A model generated the notes under the pieces. That model searched no databases. It worked only from the letters and a program-made list of their open reading frames with translations, and was not told the origin of the DNA. 64,000 nt of DNA from Felis catus (Eukaryota): positions 168,146,001-168,210,000 of the forward strand of contig NC_058368.1 in the NCBI RefSeq assembly GCF_018350175.1, given 5' to 3'. This document shows, piece after piece, positions 13,266 through 24,555 of this stretch. Position numbers and translations under genes: made by a program. The stretch's first letter is position 1. The number at the start of each line of letters is the position of its first letter.

Positions 13266-13519
13266 CATAATCATCCCAGGCTCCCCTTTCTTCTGTATTC
13301 TAGTTCTTAGCCAGGACTAAGGGGTTGACATGTGTAAGAAAATAATTCAAAAAAAAAAGTGTAGTCAAAGCCTGCTGGCTTACCCTCCTACTTATTCCAA
13401 GACATTCTGATCATAATTTGGGGGCTCTAAGTTTTGGGCTAAACTGTGGGACGAGAGTGAGGGAGACATTGGTAGAAGCTTATTATTGAACCATTATGGT
13501 AAAAAGAATCCCATTTTGT

Positions 13520-13970
13520 TAAGGTTCTCAGCCTGACTGCACATCAGAATTACCTGAAGAGTTTCCTGATTTAATTTCTGGTGGAGATATGCCTTAATTT
13601 TATTCTAAAAGCTACCCCCCCCCAACCCAGAGAGAGTCTAACATGCAGCCTGAGTTTTGAACAAGTTCAAAAGCCTTGCATTCAAAATGTGGCCAACAGC
13701 ACTGGCATCAACTTGGAGGTTGTTAAAAATGCAAAATCTCAGACCCCATCACAGACCTACTGAATCCTAATCTACAGTTTAGTAAGATCTCCAGGTGATT
13801 CCTTGTTTATTTGTTTGTTTTACTATTTATTTAAATAATCTGTACACCCAATGTGGGGCTCAAAATCACAATCTCAAGATCAAGAGTCTCATGCTTTACC
13901 AACTGAGCTAGCTAAATAGCACCCCCCCCCCAGGTGATTCTCATGTACCTTAAAGCTTGAGAAATACTAC
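13520..13970. mobile_element. MER5-family hAT fragments with an inserted short Can-SINE (about 13805-13925, minus)
   Basis: gttgttaaaaatgcaaaatctcagacccc...agacctactgaatc...caggtgattc, with caggtgattc duplicated around the SINE. Confidence 0.75.
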
Positions 13971-14064
13971 TGAAGGGACAAGGAGCTATGACATCTTCTT
14001 GGGGAGAGGGGAGCAAAAACTGGGTAGTTATCTCATAAACCAAGTGCTATGGAGAATTATTTAA

Positions 14065-15108
14065 ACAGATTTATTGGGGTACAGTTTATATACCATAAAA
14101 TTCACTCATTTTATGATATAGTTTATTGAGTCTTAGCAAGCTTATACAGTTGTGCAACCATCACCACAATGTAGTTAAAAAAATTTTTTTTAAGTTTATT
14201 TATTTTGAAAGAGAGACGGTGCAAGTGGGGGAGGGGCAGAAAGGGGGAGAGAGCGAGAGAATCCAAGCAGGCTTCTGCTGCCAGCACAGAGCCCCACATG
14301 AGGCTTAAATTCCCAAAATCACAAGGTCATGACCTGAGCCAAAACCAAGAGTGGGACGTTAAACCCACTGGCCACCCAGATGCCCCACCACAATCCTTTT
14401 AAAGAGCCTCCACTGCACCATCCCCAACATGCCCTTCATCCTTTTTGCCCATATGCAGGCAATCACAGCTCCCACCCTTAAGCACCCATTGGTCTTGCTT
14501 TCTATCTCTATAGTTTGCCTCTTCTAGAAATTCCATATAAACAATTATACCATAAGTAGTCTTTGGTTTCTATCTTCTTTCACTAGCATAATGTTTTGGA
14601 GGTTCACCCTTGCTACATGGATCAGTCGTTGGCTCATTTTATTGCTGAGCAGAACTCCACTGTATAGCTCTACTACCTATCTATTCACCAGATAATAAAT
14701 ATTTGAATTGTCTCCAGTTTGGGCTTTGATAAATAATCATGCTGTGATCATTCACATATAATACTTTGTATGGACATATATTTTCATTTCTCTTGGATAA
14801 ATATCTAGAAGTAGAGTTGCTGAGTCATGTAAGTTTCATTTTTTACACATTTTAAAAACTGGTTTGTCTTACTAAGTTTAAAAGCGCTTTATATACTCCA
14901 GACACAAGTCCTTTATCAGATATTTGTTTCATAAATATTTCCTTCCATTCTATGCCTGGTCTTTTCATTTTCTTAATAGTGGTCTTAGCTCTAACCTTTA
15001 GGTCTATTGTGCTCTAGGAGTTAATTTTTGTGAACAGCGCCAAGTAAGGTAAATATTCACTTTCTTGCATATAAATATCCAACTGTCCTACCACCATTTG
15101 TTTAAAAA
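14065..15108 (-). mobile_element. L1 (L1MB-like) 3' region with an inserted Can-SINE (14185-14387)
   Basis: ataccataaaattcactcatttt...cagttgtgcaaccatcaccacaat L1 3' UTR. SINE flanked by cacaat. Confidence 0.85.
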
Positions 15109-15109
15109 A

Positions 15110-15700
15110 TTACATACTGTGGTTTCCAGAGTACAGATCTTTCACCTCTTTGGTGAGGTTTATTCCTAAGTTTCTTATGATTTTGGTGCAATTGTAAATG
15201 GAATCGATTCCTTGATCACTCTTTTGGTGCTTCATTCTTGGTGTATAGAAATGCCACAGATTTCTGTATGTTGATTTTACATCCTGTGAATTTGCTGAAT
15301 TCATGTTATCAGTCTAGCAATTTTTTGGTGGAGTCTTTGGGTTTTCCACGTAGAGTATCATGTCATCTGTGAAGAGTGAAAGTTTGACTTCTTCCTTGCT
15401 AATTTGGACGTCTTATATTTCTTTTTGTTGTCTGAGTGCTGAGGCTGGAACTTCCAGTATGATGTTGAACAACAGTGGTGAGAGTGGACATCCGTGTCAT
15501 GTTCCTGACCTTTAGGGGAAAAGCTCTCAGGTTTTCCCCATTGAGGATGATATTAGCTGTGGGTCTTCCATATATGGCCTTTATGATGTTGAGGCATATT
15601 CCATCTATCCCTACTGTGTTGAGGGTTTTTACAAAAATGGATTCTGTATTTTGTCAAATGCTTTTTCTGCATCTATTGAGAGGATTGTATGGTTCTTTCC
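15110..15700 (-). mobile_element. Younger carnivore L1 ORF2 reverse-transcriptase fragment
   Basis: Minus strand encodes [26 protein letters not shown] (the RT FADD motif region). Confidence 0.92.
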
Positions 15701-16194
15701 TTTCTATTATTAATGCAGGAATGATAAAAAGCTCCAACCTGGAATCGTTGGCCTTGAAGGATCACACTAACTCAAAGACTGTGGGAAATCAGGCAGCACA
15801 TAGGAATTCCCATGCAAACAGAAATGTAGCTCAGGTTTTGGAAAGAAGCAACAAAAAATAAGGGAAGAATGAGATCAGCTTACAAAGCAGATTTTAATCT
15901 TTGAGTCAAAGCTGTGATGGAGAGAAAGAGGAAGATGAACCTCAGATTCAATAGCATTATCTCTTCACATGGCAGAGGTAGAGAAGGACCATATCCCTAA
16001 ACTGGCATTCTAAAAGCCAGGCTACACTTTTATATCTGCATAAAGAGGATGCAGGTCCATTTAGTGTTACAATGAGAAAAAGCAATGATGGCAAGGAGTG
16101 TATGTCTTCAGAGTGGAGAGAACCATGAAAAGCCTGAATAATACAAACATGCACAAAGATTCTAGTAGAGCTTCAATCTGTGAATCTTTATTGA

Positions 16195-16231
16195 AAGTTA
16201 TTTATTTTGAGAGAGAACACAAGCAGGGGAG

Positions 16232-16285
<54 letters not shown>

Positions 16286-16393
16286 TCCCAAGCAGGCTCC
16301 ACACTCTCCGCGCAGAGCCCAATAAGGGGCTCAAACTCACAAGCTGAAATCAAGAGGCAGATGCTTAACCTAATGAGCCACCCAGGTGTCCCT
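16195..16393 (-). mobile_element. Can-SINE with expanded (GA)n
   Basis: (GA)n at about 16237-16283. Ends gagccacccaggtgtccc. Confidence 0.88.
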
Positions 16394-16600
16394 TAGTTTG
16401 TGAATCATAAGAGGGCCTTCTCCAGTGGCTAACCTAGAAGTAAATGAAAACCAGAAATGCAGGGTACAAAGGGACAAAGGAAAAAGATGTTGGTTCTCAT
16501 AAGCTCTTGGGAACTACACTCAATCAGATATATTTCTTCTGAGATCTAATTGTGGAGACAAGAGAGAAACATCTTCAGGAGGTAGAAATAATGGGCTTAT

Positions 16601-16800
16601 GGGGCAAGTGTCCAAATTCAGCTCAGGTCATGATCTTACAGCTGGTGAATTCCAGCCCCACGTCGGGCTCTGTGCTGATAGCTCAGAGCCTGGAGCCTGC
16701 TTCGGATTCTGTGTCTCCTTCTCTCTCTGCCCCTCCCACACTCACACTCTGTATCTCTCACTCAAAAATAAATACTTAAAACATTAAAAAATTAAAAAAA
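16601..16800 (+). mobile_element. Can-SINE with an internal head deletion
   Basis: cagctcaggtcatgatc...(CT)n, A-tail. Degenerate TSD agaaataatgggctta / agaaagaattggccta. Confidence 0.88.
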
Positions 16801-17069
16801 AGAAAGAATTGGCCTAGAAAATTCTAATACAGGGGAAGTGTAATAGCCACTGTGGCAGAAATGGCCATATATGACTGAAAAACTCTTGTCTGGAATAGAA
16901 AGAGCAGAAGATGGACAGTACAGGGTCACCAATTTTGCTTGGTGAGTAAATGTTTATAAATGTGCTTTTGGGTTGTGTTTTCATCTCTTGACACAGCTCA
17001 CACTAAACCAAGATTAGGGGTACTAGCAGCCAAAGAGTTGAAAAGGGAGTAGGTAATAAAACAGCTAGA

Positions 17070-17305
17070 TAATAATAAATGGCCATATTTACTAAGGCAT
17101 TACCGTATGCCAAACTAAGTCTTCTCTATGCATCATCTGGGATCTTCATAAGAGCTTTAAGAAGCATCATAATTTCCATTTCATAGGCCCCTAACATAAG
17201 CCTATTAGAAATTGACTTCCTCAAAATTACACAGCTAGAAGGTGGCAAAGTGGGGCTTACACTTTAGTCTTTTAGGTTTTGAGACCCATGCTCTTTACCT
17301 TATAC
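17070..17305 (-). mobile_element. MIR
   Basis: catatttactaaggcattaccgtatgcc...acacagctagaaggtggcaaag. Confidence 0.65.
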
Positions 17306-17519
17306 AAACTAGAACCCTATCCCTAAACTGGCATTCTAAAAGCCAAGCTACACTTCTACATCTGCATTAAGAGGATGCAGATCCATTTAGTGTTACAACA
17401 AGAAAAGCATTGGTGGTAAGGAGTGTCTGTGATTCATTTCATGGTGCTAATCTCACTCAAATGCAAGAGCTAAGTCAAGGCCTTCCCTTCAGCCCCAAAG
17501 AAGCAGAGTGACAGGGTAA

Positions 17520-17725
17520 CATATAGTGTAATAATGACTTCAAGAATCGAATTTAGTGATTCATCACTTACATATAACACCCAGTGCTCATCCTGCGTGC
17601 TCTCCCTAATGCCTATAACCCATTTAGCCCATCTCCCTACCTAACACCCCACAAGCAACCCTCAGTTTGTTCGATGTACTTAAGAGTCTCTCATGGTTTG
17701 TCTCTCTGGTTTTACCTTATTTTTA
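17520..17725 (-). mobile_element. Carnivore L1 3' UTR fragment
   Basis: tttagtgattcatcacttacatataacacccagtgctcatc...caaccctcagtttgtt. Confidence 0.82.
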
Positions 17726-18159
17726 GATGCAATTTATTCTTATTTTAACACTTAAAAGTTTTCTTAGAACTTGGGAGGAGAGATTTATCTTTATCAGAAT
17801 AAGATAGATTCAATGAAAGGGATTTTTGTAATCTGAGCTGAAAGATTAACTTTGGGGAATGATTGTTAGCATATCTGGGAATGAAAGGAATTTGTAGTGA
17901 CTCTAAAAAGGTAGAGCAACCTTTCGATACGTTTATGCTGCTGGCATTATAGAACGTACGAGTGTACTAAATAGTACATGAATGCACTAAATAATATAAA
18001 ATTATTTCTTGACCCTGCTCAGAAAACTTCAATGTTTTTCCTAAACTTCACCCCAAAACTACTAATCCAGGACCCAGAAATACACACTTTTAACAAGTTT
18101 CCTTGATTCTTATAGAATCCATCCAGAAATAGCCCTATTTTTGCAGTCTTTAAAAAAAA

Positions 18160-18332
18160 ACTTTTATTTAAATTCCAGTTAGTTTACATACAGTGTAATA
18201 TTAGTTTCAGGTGTACAATTTAGTGGTTCAACACTTACATACAACACCTGATGCTCATTATGACAAGTGCACACCTATTTAACCATCTCCTTCTCCTCTG
18301 GTAACTATCATTTTGTTGTCTTTAGTTAAGAG

Positions 18333-18389
<57 letters not shown>

Positions 18390-18755
18390 AATAAACATTA
18401 AAAAAATTTTTAAAAATAAAGATAAAAGAAACAAATGATCAGATAAAAAAGAGACAGACAGACAGAAACAGAGAGCATGAGAAGAGGAGGGGCAGAGAGA
18501 CAGGGAGACACAGAATCCAAAGCAGGTCTAGGCTCTAAGCTATCAGCACAGAGTCAGACACGGGGCTCGAACTCAGGAACAGTGAGATCATGACCTAAGC
18601 TGAAGTCGGAGGCTTAACAGACTGAGCCACCCAGTGGCCCCTGATCATTTGTTTCTTTAATTCCGCATATGAGTGAAATCATATGGTATGTGTCTTTCTC
18701 TGACTGACTTTAGTATAATACTCTCTACCTGCATCCATGTCATTGCAAATGACAA
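18160..18755 (-). mobile_element. Carnivore L1 3' UTR with an inserted Can-SINE (about 18455-18641 plus an inverted tail)
   Basis: acatacagtgtaatattagtttcaggtgtacaa...catatgagtgaaatcatatggtat. SINE body on the minus strand. Confidence 0.85.
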
Positions 18756-18849
18756 GACAGAAACAATCCTATTACTAAATCTAAAAACCATAGCTAACTA
18801 CAACTTTCAAATATTAGTATTTAAGATGATCTTGGGTACACTTCAGGGT

Positions 18850-19290
18850 TATCTCTTTGCCACCTCTACTGCCACAATAGACCACCATGGTCCACGATGT
18901 GCCGGCCTTCTCCTGCACATTTTCAATATCCTGCACACTGGACCTCTTTCTGCCTGCCCTTGATTCCACCTATCTCTTTTCCACCCATCAAGCCACAGTG
19001 ATCTTTCAAAAAAAAAAAAAAGTGATTTTAAAAATCAGATGTCAGTCTGCTATTCAAAATCTTCCACTGGTACCAATTACTCTAAGAATGAGATCCAAAC
19101 TCCTTCTATAACCTACAAAGCCATACATGATCTGCCTCCTTCCTGTCTCTTATATCTCCTTTCATCCCACCGTCCTCTCTCCTTGTTCACTATGTGATGG
19201 TCTCCCCATCTATCCCATTCACAACTGTATCCTCAGTGCTGGGCACAGGACCTGGCACACAACAGAAGTTCCAAAAATAAAAATGAACGA
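18850..19290 (+). mobile_element. L2 fragment
   Basis: gccacagtgatctttcaaaa...agaatgagatccaaactcctt...ggacctggcacacaacag. Confidence 0.7.
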
Positions 19291-20784
19291 AGTACTGTTT
19301 TGATGCACGTTAATGGCTTGTTGGCCCAGTATTGAAAAACAAATCCTTCTAATGCCAAGAAAATGTGAATTGTTGGTCTTATTTGTTCCAAGAGTCTAAG
19401 AATGAGACAAACGACTTCATGAAGTGAAGGACAGGATTTTCAAAGAAAGCAACAGCAGCACTTTGATTCTGGAATGGACTGGAAAACTAAGGTGGGGAAA
19501 TTATTGGCATGACTATCTAATCTCACTCAAGACCTCAGAACCAATTCAAAGCCTTCTTTCTATCTCCAGGAAAAAAGAATAACAAGGATCAAGGGCATAG
19601 TCAATCTACTTCCTAGGGAATTTTTCAGGAGGAAAGCTAACCTTTAATTATTTTTTTCATCTCTTACAGCCAGAGTGGTCAGTGGGCCTGTAGAGTGCCC
19701 TCATCTTCTGAATGCAAAATAAAGCCAGCATAAAGCAATCTGCTTAGGTTGGGTTCTAACTGAACATTATAACCAAAGGGCAAAATATTGCCATGTGTTC
19801 CAGTTTAGCAAGATTCACCAGAGAAGAAAAGCCTTATGGATTCTGGGCAAAAGCCAGGTGGAAAAGAGTTTGGTTGTCTGAGTAATAACCATTTGGTAAT
19901 AATCATTTGAATGAATTATAAGTTTAAGAAAGAAAAGTGACCCCAGTAGTAAATGACTACCCGAGTCTACTAAATCAACAATATCTTTAGAAATAAAGAC
20001 ACACTTACAGTGTTTTTAAGGAAGGGCTTATTTCACTCAGGGTTGCTCAGTTTCTTAAGCCCCTTTCAATCACCAAATATTTGAGTACCTATTATAGTCA
20101 TACCACCTCATGTTAAGCACTAATGCAGTATGAAGATAAGGTACAGTCCCTGCCTCTAAGAACAGAAGCTACCGGTGGAATAGGAACAGATCTAGCTCCC
20201 ACAACTATCAGAAAGCTTCCTGGGAATATTTCAGTCTGTATACTGCATCCCAATTTAGTGGAGTTCAGTTTCCCAAGGCCTTCTGATTAGATGTGAAGCC
20301 AAGATGGAAGACGTAACCAGATTACGGAGGGCTGAAAAACAGACAGGATACTTATGACTTGATAATGAGGGTATCTATCCTATTGGCAATGTATGAAATG
20401 CAAAGCTAACACATACCGCAGGCCCATGACTAACAGAGCCATTAATTAAAGGCTCTAAGTGAAAGGTGAAGGGAGAGTTGTACTTCAAAGTCCAGCAGGT
20501 ACACACAGAACCAGCCAAAGAGAGATTTTGGCCTCAGAGAAGCATGTCAGAAGGCTATCACCACAGCAGGGTCCATGCCCCCTAGGAAACAGCAGAATAG
20601 CACACCACAGGTTACCTCAGTTAGGCCTAGACACATGGCACAATCAGTAAGCACCCACATCTGACAACTGACAAAGAATATGTCAAGTACTATAATGATA
20701 AAAATCCCAAATGGAATAAATTTTATTTAAATACCCAGTGACTATACATTATACTTATAGGAGCTTTAAAAATGGAACACAATA

Positions 20785-20947
20785 GGGGTGCCCGGGTGGC
20801 TCAGTCGGTTAAGTGACCAACTTTGGCTCAAGGCATGATCTCGTTTATGAGTTCAAGCCCTGTATTGGGCTCTGTCCTGACAGCTCAGAGCCTGGAGGCT
20901 GCTTCAAATTCTGTCTCCCTTCCCTTTGCCCCTCCCCCACTCATGCT

Positions 20948-20985
<38 letters not shown>

Positions 20986-21003
20986 AATAAATATTAAAAA
21001 AAT
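20785..21003 (+). mobile_element. Can-SINE
   Basis: ggggtgcccgggtggctcagtcggttaag head, (CT)n, A-tail. Confidence 0.92.
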
Positions 21004-21158
21004 CAGAACAGAATAAAATGTCTCCTTTTGTTCATTCAAATCTTGAAAATCTACAAGAACTATTTCATTTCCATCTTCCTTTGCTTTCCTATATTATACC
21101 TTTCAACAGAGTGCAGTAGGTACACTCACAATTAATGCATTAGAAAGCTTTCTCCTTT

Positions 21159-21382
21159 GGGGCGCCTGGGTGGCGCAGTCGGTTAAGCGTCCAACTTCAG
21201 CCAGGTCACGATCTCGCGGTCCGGGAGTTCGAGCCCCGCGTCAGGCTCTGGGCTGATGGCTCAGAGCCTGGAGCCTGTTTCCAATTCTGTGTCTCCCTCT
21301 CTCTCTGCCCCTCCCCCATTCATGCTCTGTCTCTCTCTGTCCCAAAAATAAATAAACGGTGAAAAAAAATTTAAAAAAAAAA
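21159..21382 (+). mobile_element. Young felid SINEC_Fc-type SINE
   Basis: Perfect 17-bp TSD agaaagctttctccttt at 21142-21158 and 21383-21399. CpGs intact. Confidence 0.96.
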
Positions 21383-21959
21383 AGAAAGCTTTCTCCTTTG
21401 ACACAGTATTGCAAAAAAAAAAAACAGCAAAGAATGGAACTTGTCACATTAAAGGAAATACCTAATTACGAAGACAAACACTTAGTATAGCTTTGCTTTA
21501 TAAATCATTTCAGTAAGACCTTCATCACTGGGCTCTTCATTTAATAATAATTTTGTATCTTTAATACATTTTTAAATGAAATCTAAAGGCAAATTATTTA
21601 AACATAGTTTTCTCTTAAACCATGACCACACAACAATTTTTACTGAGCACATGTTATATTCCACACACTGTGTTCCACACAATGATTAAGACCTACAGAC
21701 TGACTTCATGGAGTTTACAATTTAGTGAGAAGGACAAATGTTAAACATTTGTTACAATTGTGTTCGCTCTATTAATATAGTCATTGAATTATTATTTTCT
21801 ATATATGCCATACTTAGGTAGTTCACATGGAAAGGAACCAAAAATATGACTAAAAATTATACTTGTTACAAATAAGGTTTTTCCCAAACACTTTAAGCTG
21901 AGTCTTAATTACATGCCTGATATCTTTTTAATAGAGAGCTATAAAAAATATTAACTTTT

Positions 21960-22065
21960 AAAATTTTTATTTTTAAGCAATCTCTACACCCAATGTGGGG
22001 CTCGAACTCACAACCGCAAGATCAAGGGTTGCACGCTCTACCAACTGAGCCAGACCGGCTCCCCT
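21960..22065 (-). mobile_element. Short Can-SINE
   Basis: aatctctacacccaatgtggggctcgaactcacaacc. Confidence 0.85.
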
Positions 22066-22204
22066 GATTTTATAGATCATGAAAAAGACAAGGATTTTTT
22101 AAGACTTCACATTTGCCAGTACAACTCTGACTTTAAATTAGCATGACACAATTATTTCACTAAGTATATCAGAAACACAAAGTACTAAAATTTAATGTTA
22201 GGGG

Positions 22205-22470
22205 TTTTTTACTATTGAACTATAGTTTACAATGTTAGACCAGTTCCAAGTATACAACATAGTGATTCAACAGTTCTATATATCACTCAATGCTCATCAT
22301 GATAAATGTAGTTATCCTCTGTCACCATACCACATTATAACAATATTATTACTATATTCCCTATGCTGTACTTCTCATCTTCGTGACCTATTTACTTTAT
22401 AACTGGCAATTTGTATCTCTTAATCCCCTTAATCTCCTTCACCTATTTTACCCATCCTCCCACCCACCTA
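22205..22470 (-). mobile_element. L1 3' end fragment
   Basis: tatacaacatagtgattcaacag...ctatattccctatgctgtac...ataactggcaatttgta. Confidence 0.8.
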
Positions 22471-24344
22471 TTTTTATTATAAAAAATATCAACAATTTAC
22501 AATAGTAGACAAAACAGTAAAATAAACCTCCGTTTGCCAATCACCGAGTTTCAATAATTGCTAATTCATGGCCAACCTTGTTTCATCAATAGCCCCATCT
22601 ACTTCTAAAACATCACAATTATCAGCAAGTTTGTCAAAAGATCTCTAAAAGATAAGGCTCTTTAAAAAATCATAGCCATAATACCATTATCTTTTCAGTA
22701 AAAATGTTCATGTGAGACTTAATATGAACTATGTATCGTTTTTTATGCAGATAATAATCCAACACAGTGATTTAAAAATCTCATTAAGATTTTACCATAA
22801 TTTTACAAAAACTGACCCTTTGTCAACAGGGCATTGAAATTCATAACTAATCATTTTCTAAAAGTCTAAAATTCCATTAGTGTCCAATGAGAATCTGATC
22901 ATTTGATTGCTTATTTGACCTTCCCTGATTTTTACTCATTCTATCTTGCTTAATGTTAGTCTGGGTTTGGAAAAGTCAGATTGGCTGATAAAGAGATTTA
23001 TAAGTTATGCATTAAAAGTCTTGTGAAAGGGAAAGACATTGGTCCAGAACTAATGGCATAGATATTTGTCCCTATTAAAAAGATGTATGATAGGCTGGGT
23101 ATGACTTAACCACTTCCTTGCAATTTGCTGACCAAGTTTCTTTGACTAATACTGCTTTAGTTTATTGAAATTCAATATTTGGATAATCTAAATGAAACAG
23201 AAGAATTAGTCTATTCTGTATCTGCTCATCTTTTAAGTAATGGAAAGGGGAATCTAAAAGCAATATACTAATGTAACAACCATAGGTGTATTTAGCAACA
23301 ATATCTACAAGGTATTTTCTAGTACACATACACATTTGTATACTCACCCAGTAAGAGAAACGGGCAGGTGTGATTTCAATTTTACAAATAAAGAAATAGA
23401 TAAAGTAACCTGTCCAAGTTTACATATCAGCCCAGTGCTCTTTTCATTGCAAAATAATCAGTAAGGTACTTAAAATAAAACCAAATAATCTATTTGAGCA
23501 CTAAATTTGGAATCAATTAAGTAATAAGTATACATAATTGAAAATAAAGTAGTTGTTTCATAAACATATAATTCATTCTTTGGTCATATCACCAAAAAAA
23601 AAAAAAAAGTTTCATTCTCTGAAAGTAAAGTCTCTTCTATTCTGTCAAACTTTGTTTGTAAATAAAACCTTTAAATTAACAGATATGGCTAGTTTGAGGA
23701 TTCATTTCAAAAGTATAAAAGAGAAATTCACAAGAGTATGATTGAAGACTAAATTAAATCCATCAGACAGATCACTTACCAAAATTTCATTATGCAGATG
23801 TGTATCATGAGTTATGTAAGAAAATAGGAAAAAAAAGAATATATACAACTTGAATTCTGAATCATCCAACTTTGAATGAAGTTTCATCATAAAGGATGAA
23901 ATGAAATTAAGTCCCAGAAGGCTAACACACAAAGAAGAGTGAAAGAACTGTGAATTGCAGAAAAGTCAGTATTCCAAAAGGCACGCTGAAACTCACAAAG
24001 CAAGGGAAAAGCCAGCCATGAAAAAAGTAATTTTACTTAGACTTCTAAGCTGTCTCTGGTTCTTTCCTTACCTATGTAACTAGCATTCTCTGCTTCCTTC
24101 CTCAACCTCTGCCAGAATCCCTCTTCGTTTGTCCTCTCCCCTTTCGATCGGTCACCTCACCTCCTTTCTCTGGGTCCTTCCTTTCCTTTTCCTCATGTTT
24201 CTTCTGCATCTTTTATGGCCACTGTCATACATTTTCATAAGTGGCTGGTCATAATGTGGCATGAAAGCTTTTTAAATATAATTATTGCAACAATTTCAAA
24301 TCAGTGATATTCCATTTTTTATTTATCTCAAAAAGAAATAGCAG

Positions 24345-24555
24345 TATTATATGGCTGTCTAAGAAATCACTGAGCCCAGACTGCCTGGGTTGCAATCCAG
24401 ATCCACCTCTCTCTAGCTGTGTGACTTTAGGGAAGTTATTTATTATCCAAAAAGTGTGAAAATAAGATATGAACCTAATGGAATTCTTATGAGCATTCCA
24501 AGAGACGTGTGCTACACACCTACCATGCAAAGTGCTCAAAAAATTTAGCCACTAC
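24345..24555 (+). mobile_element. MIR
   Basis: ccagactgcctgggttgcaatccagatccacc..tagctgtgtgacttt. Confidence 0.75.

Noticed and set aside
15475..15861. 128-aa plus-strand ORF
   Set aside because: Mostly antisense to an L1 ORF2 fragment, running into flanking sequence.
21159..21240. tRNA-like A/B box sequence
   Set aside because: It is the tRNA-derived head of a SINE followed by a CT linker, poly-A and TSD, not a tRNA gene.
23702..23932. Minus-strand ORF with a gtaagt donor near 23779
   Set aside because: No AG acceptor after the polypyrimidine tract and no similarity to FBXL17.
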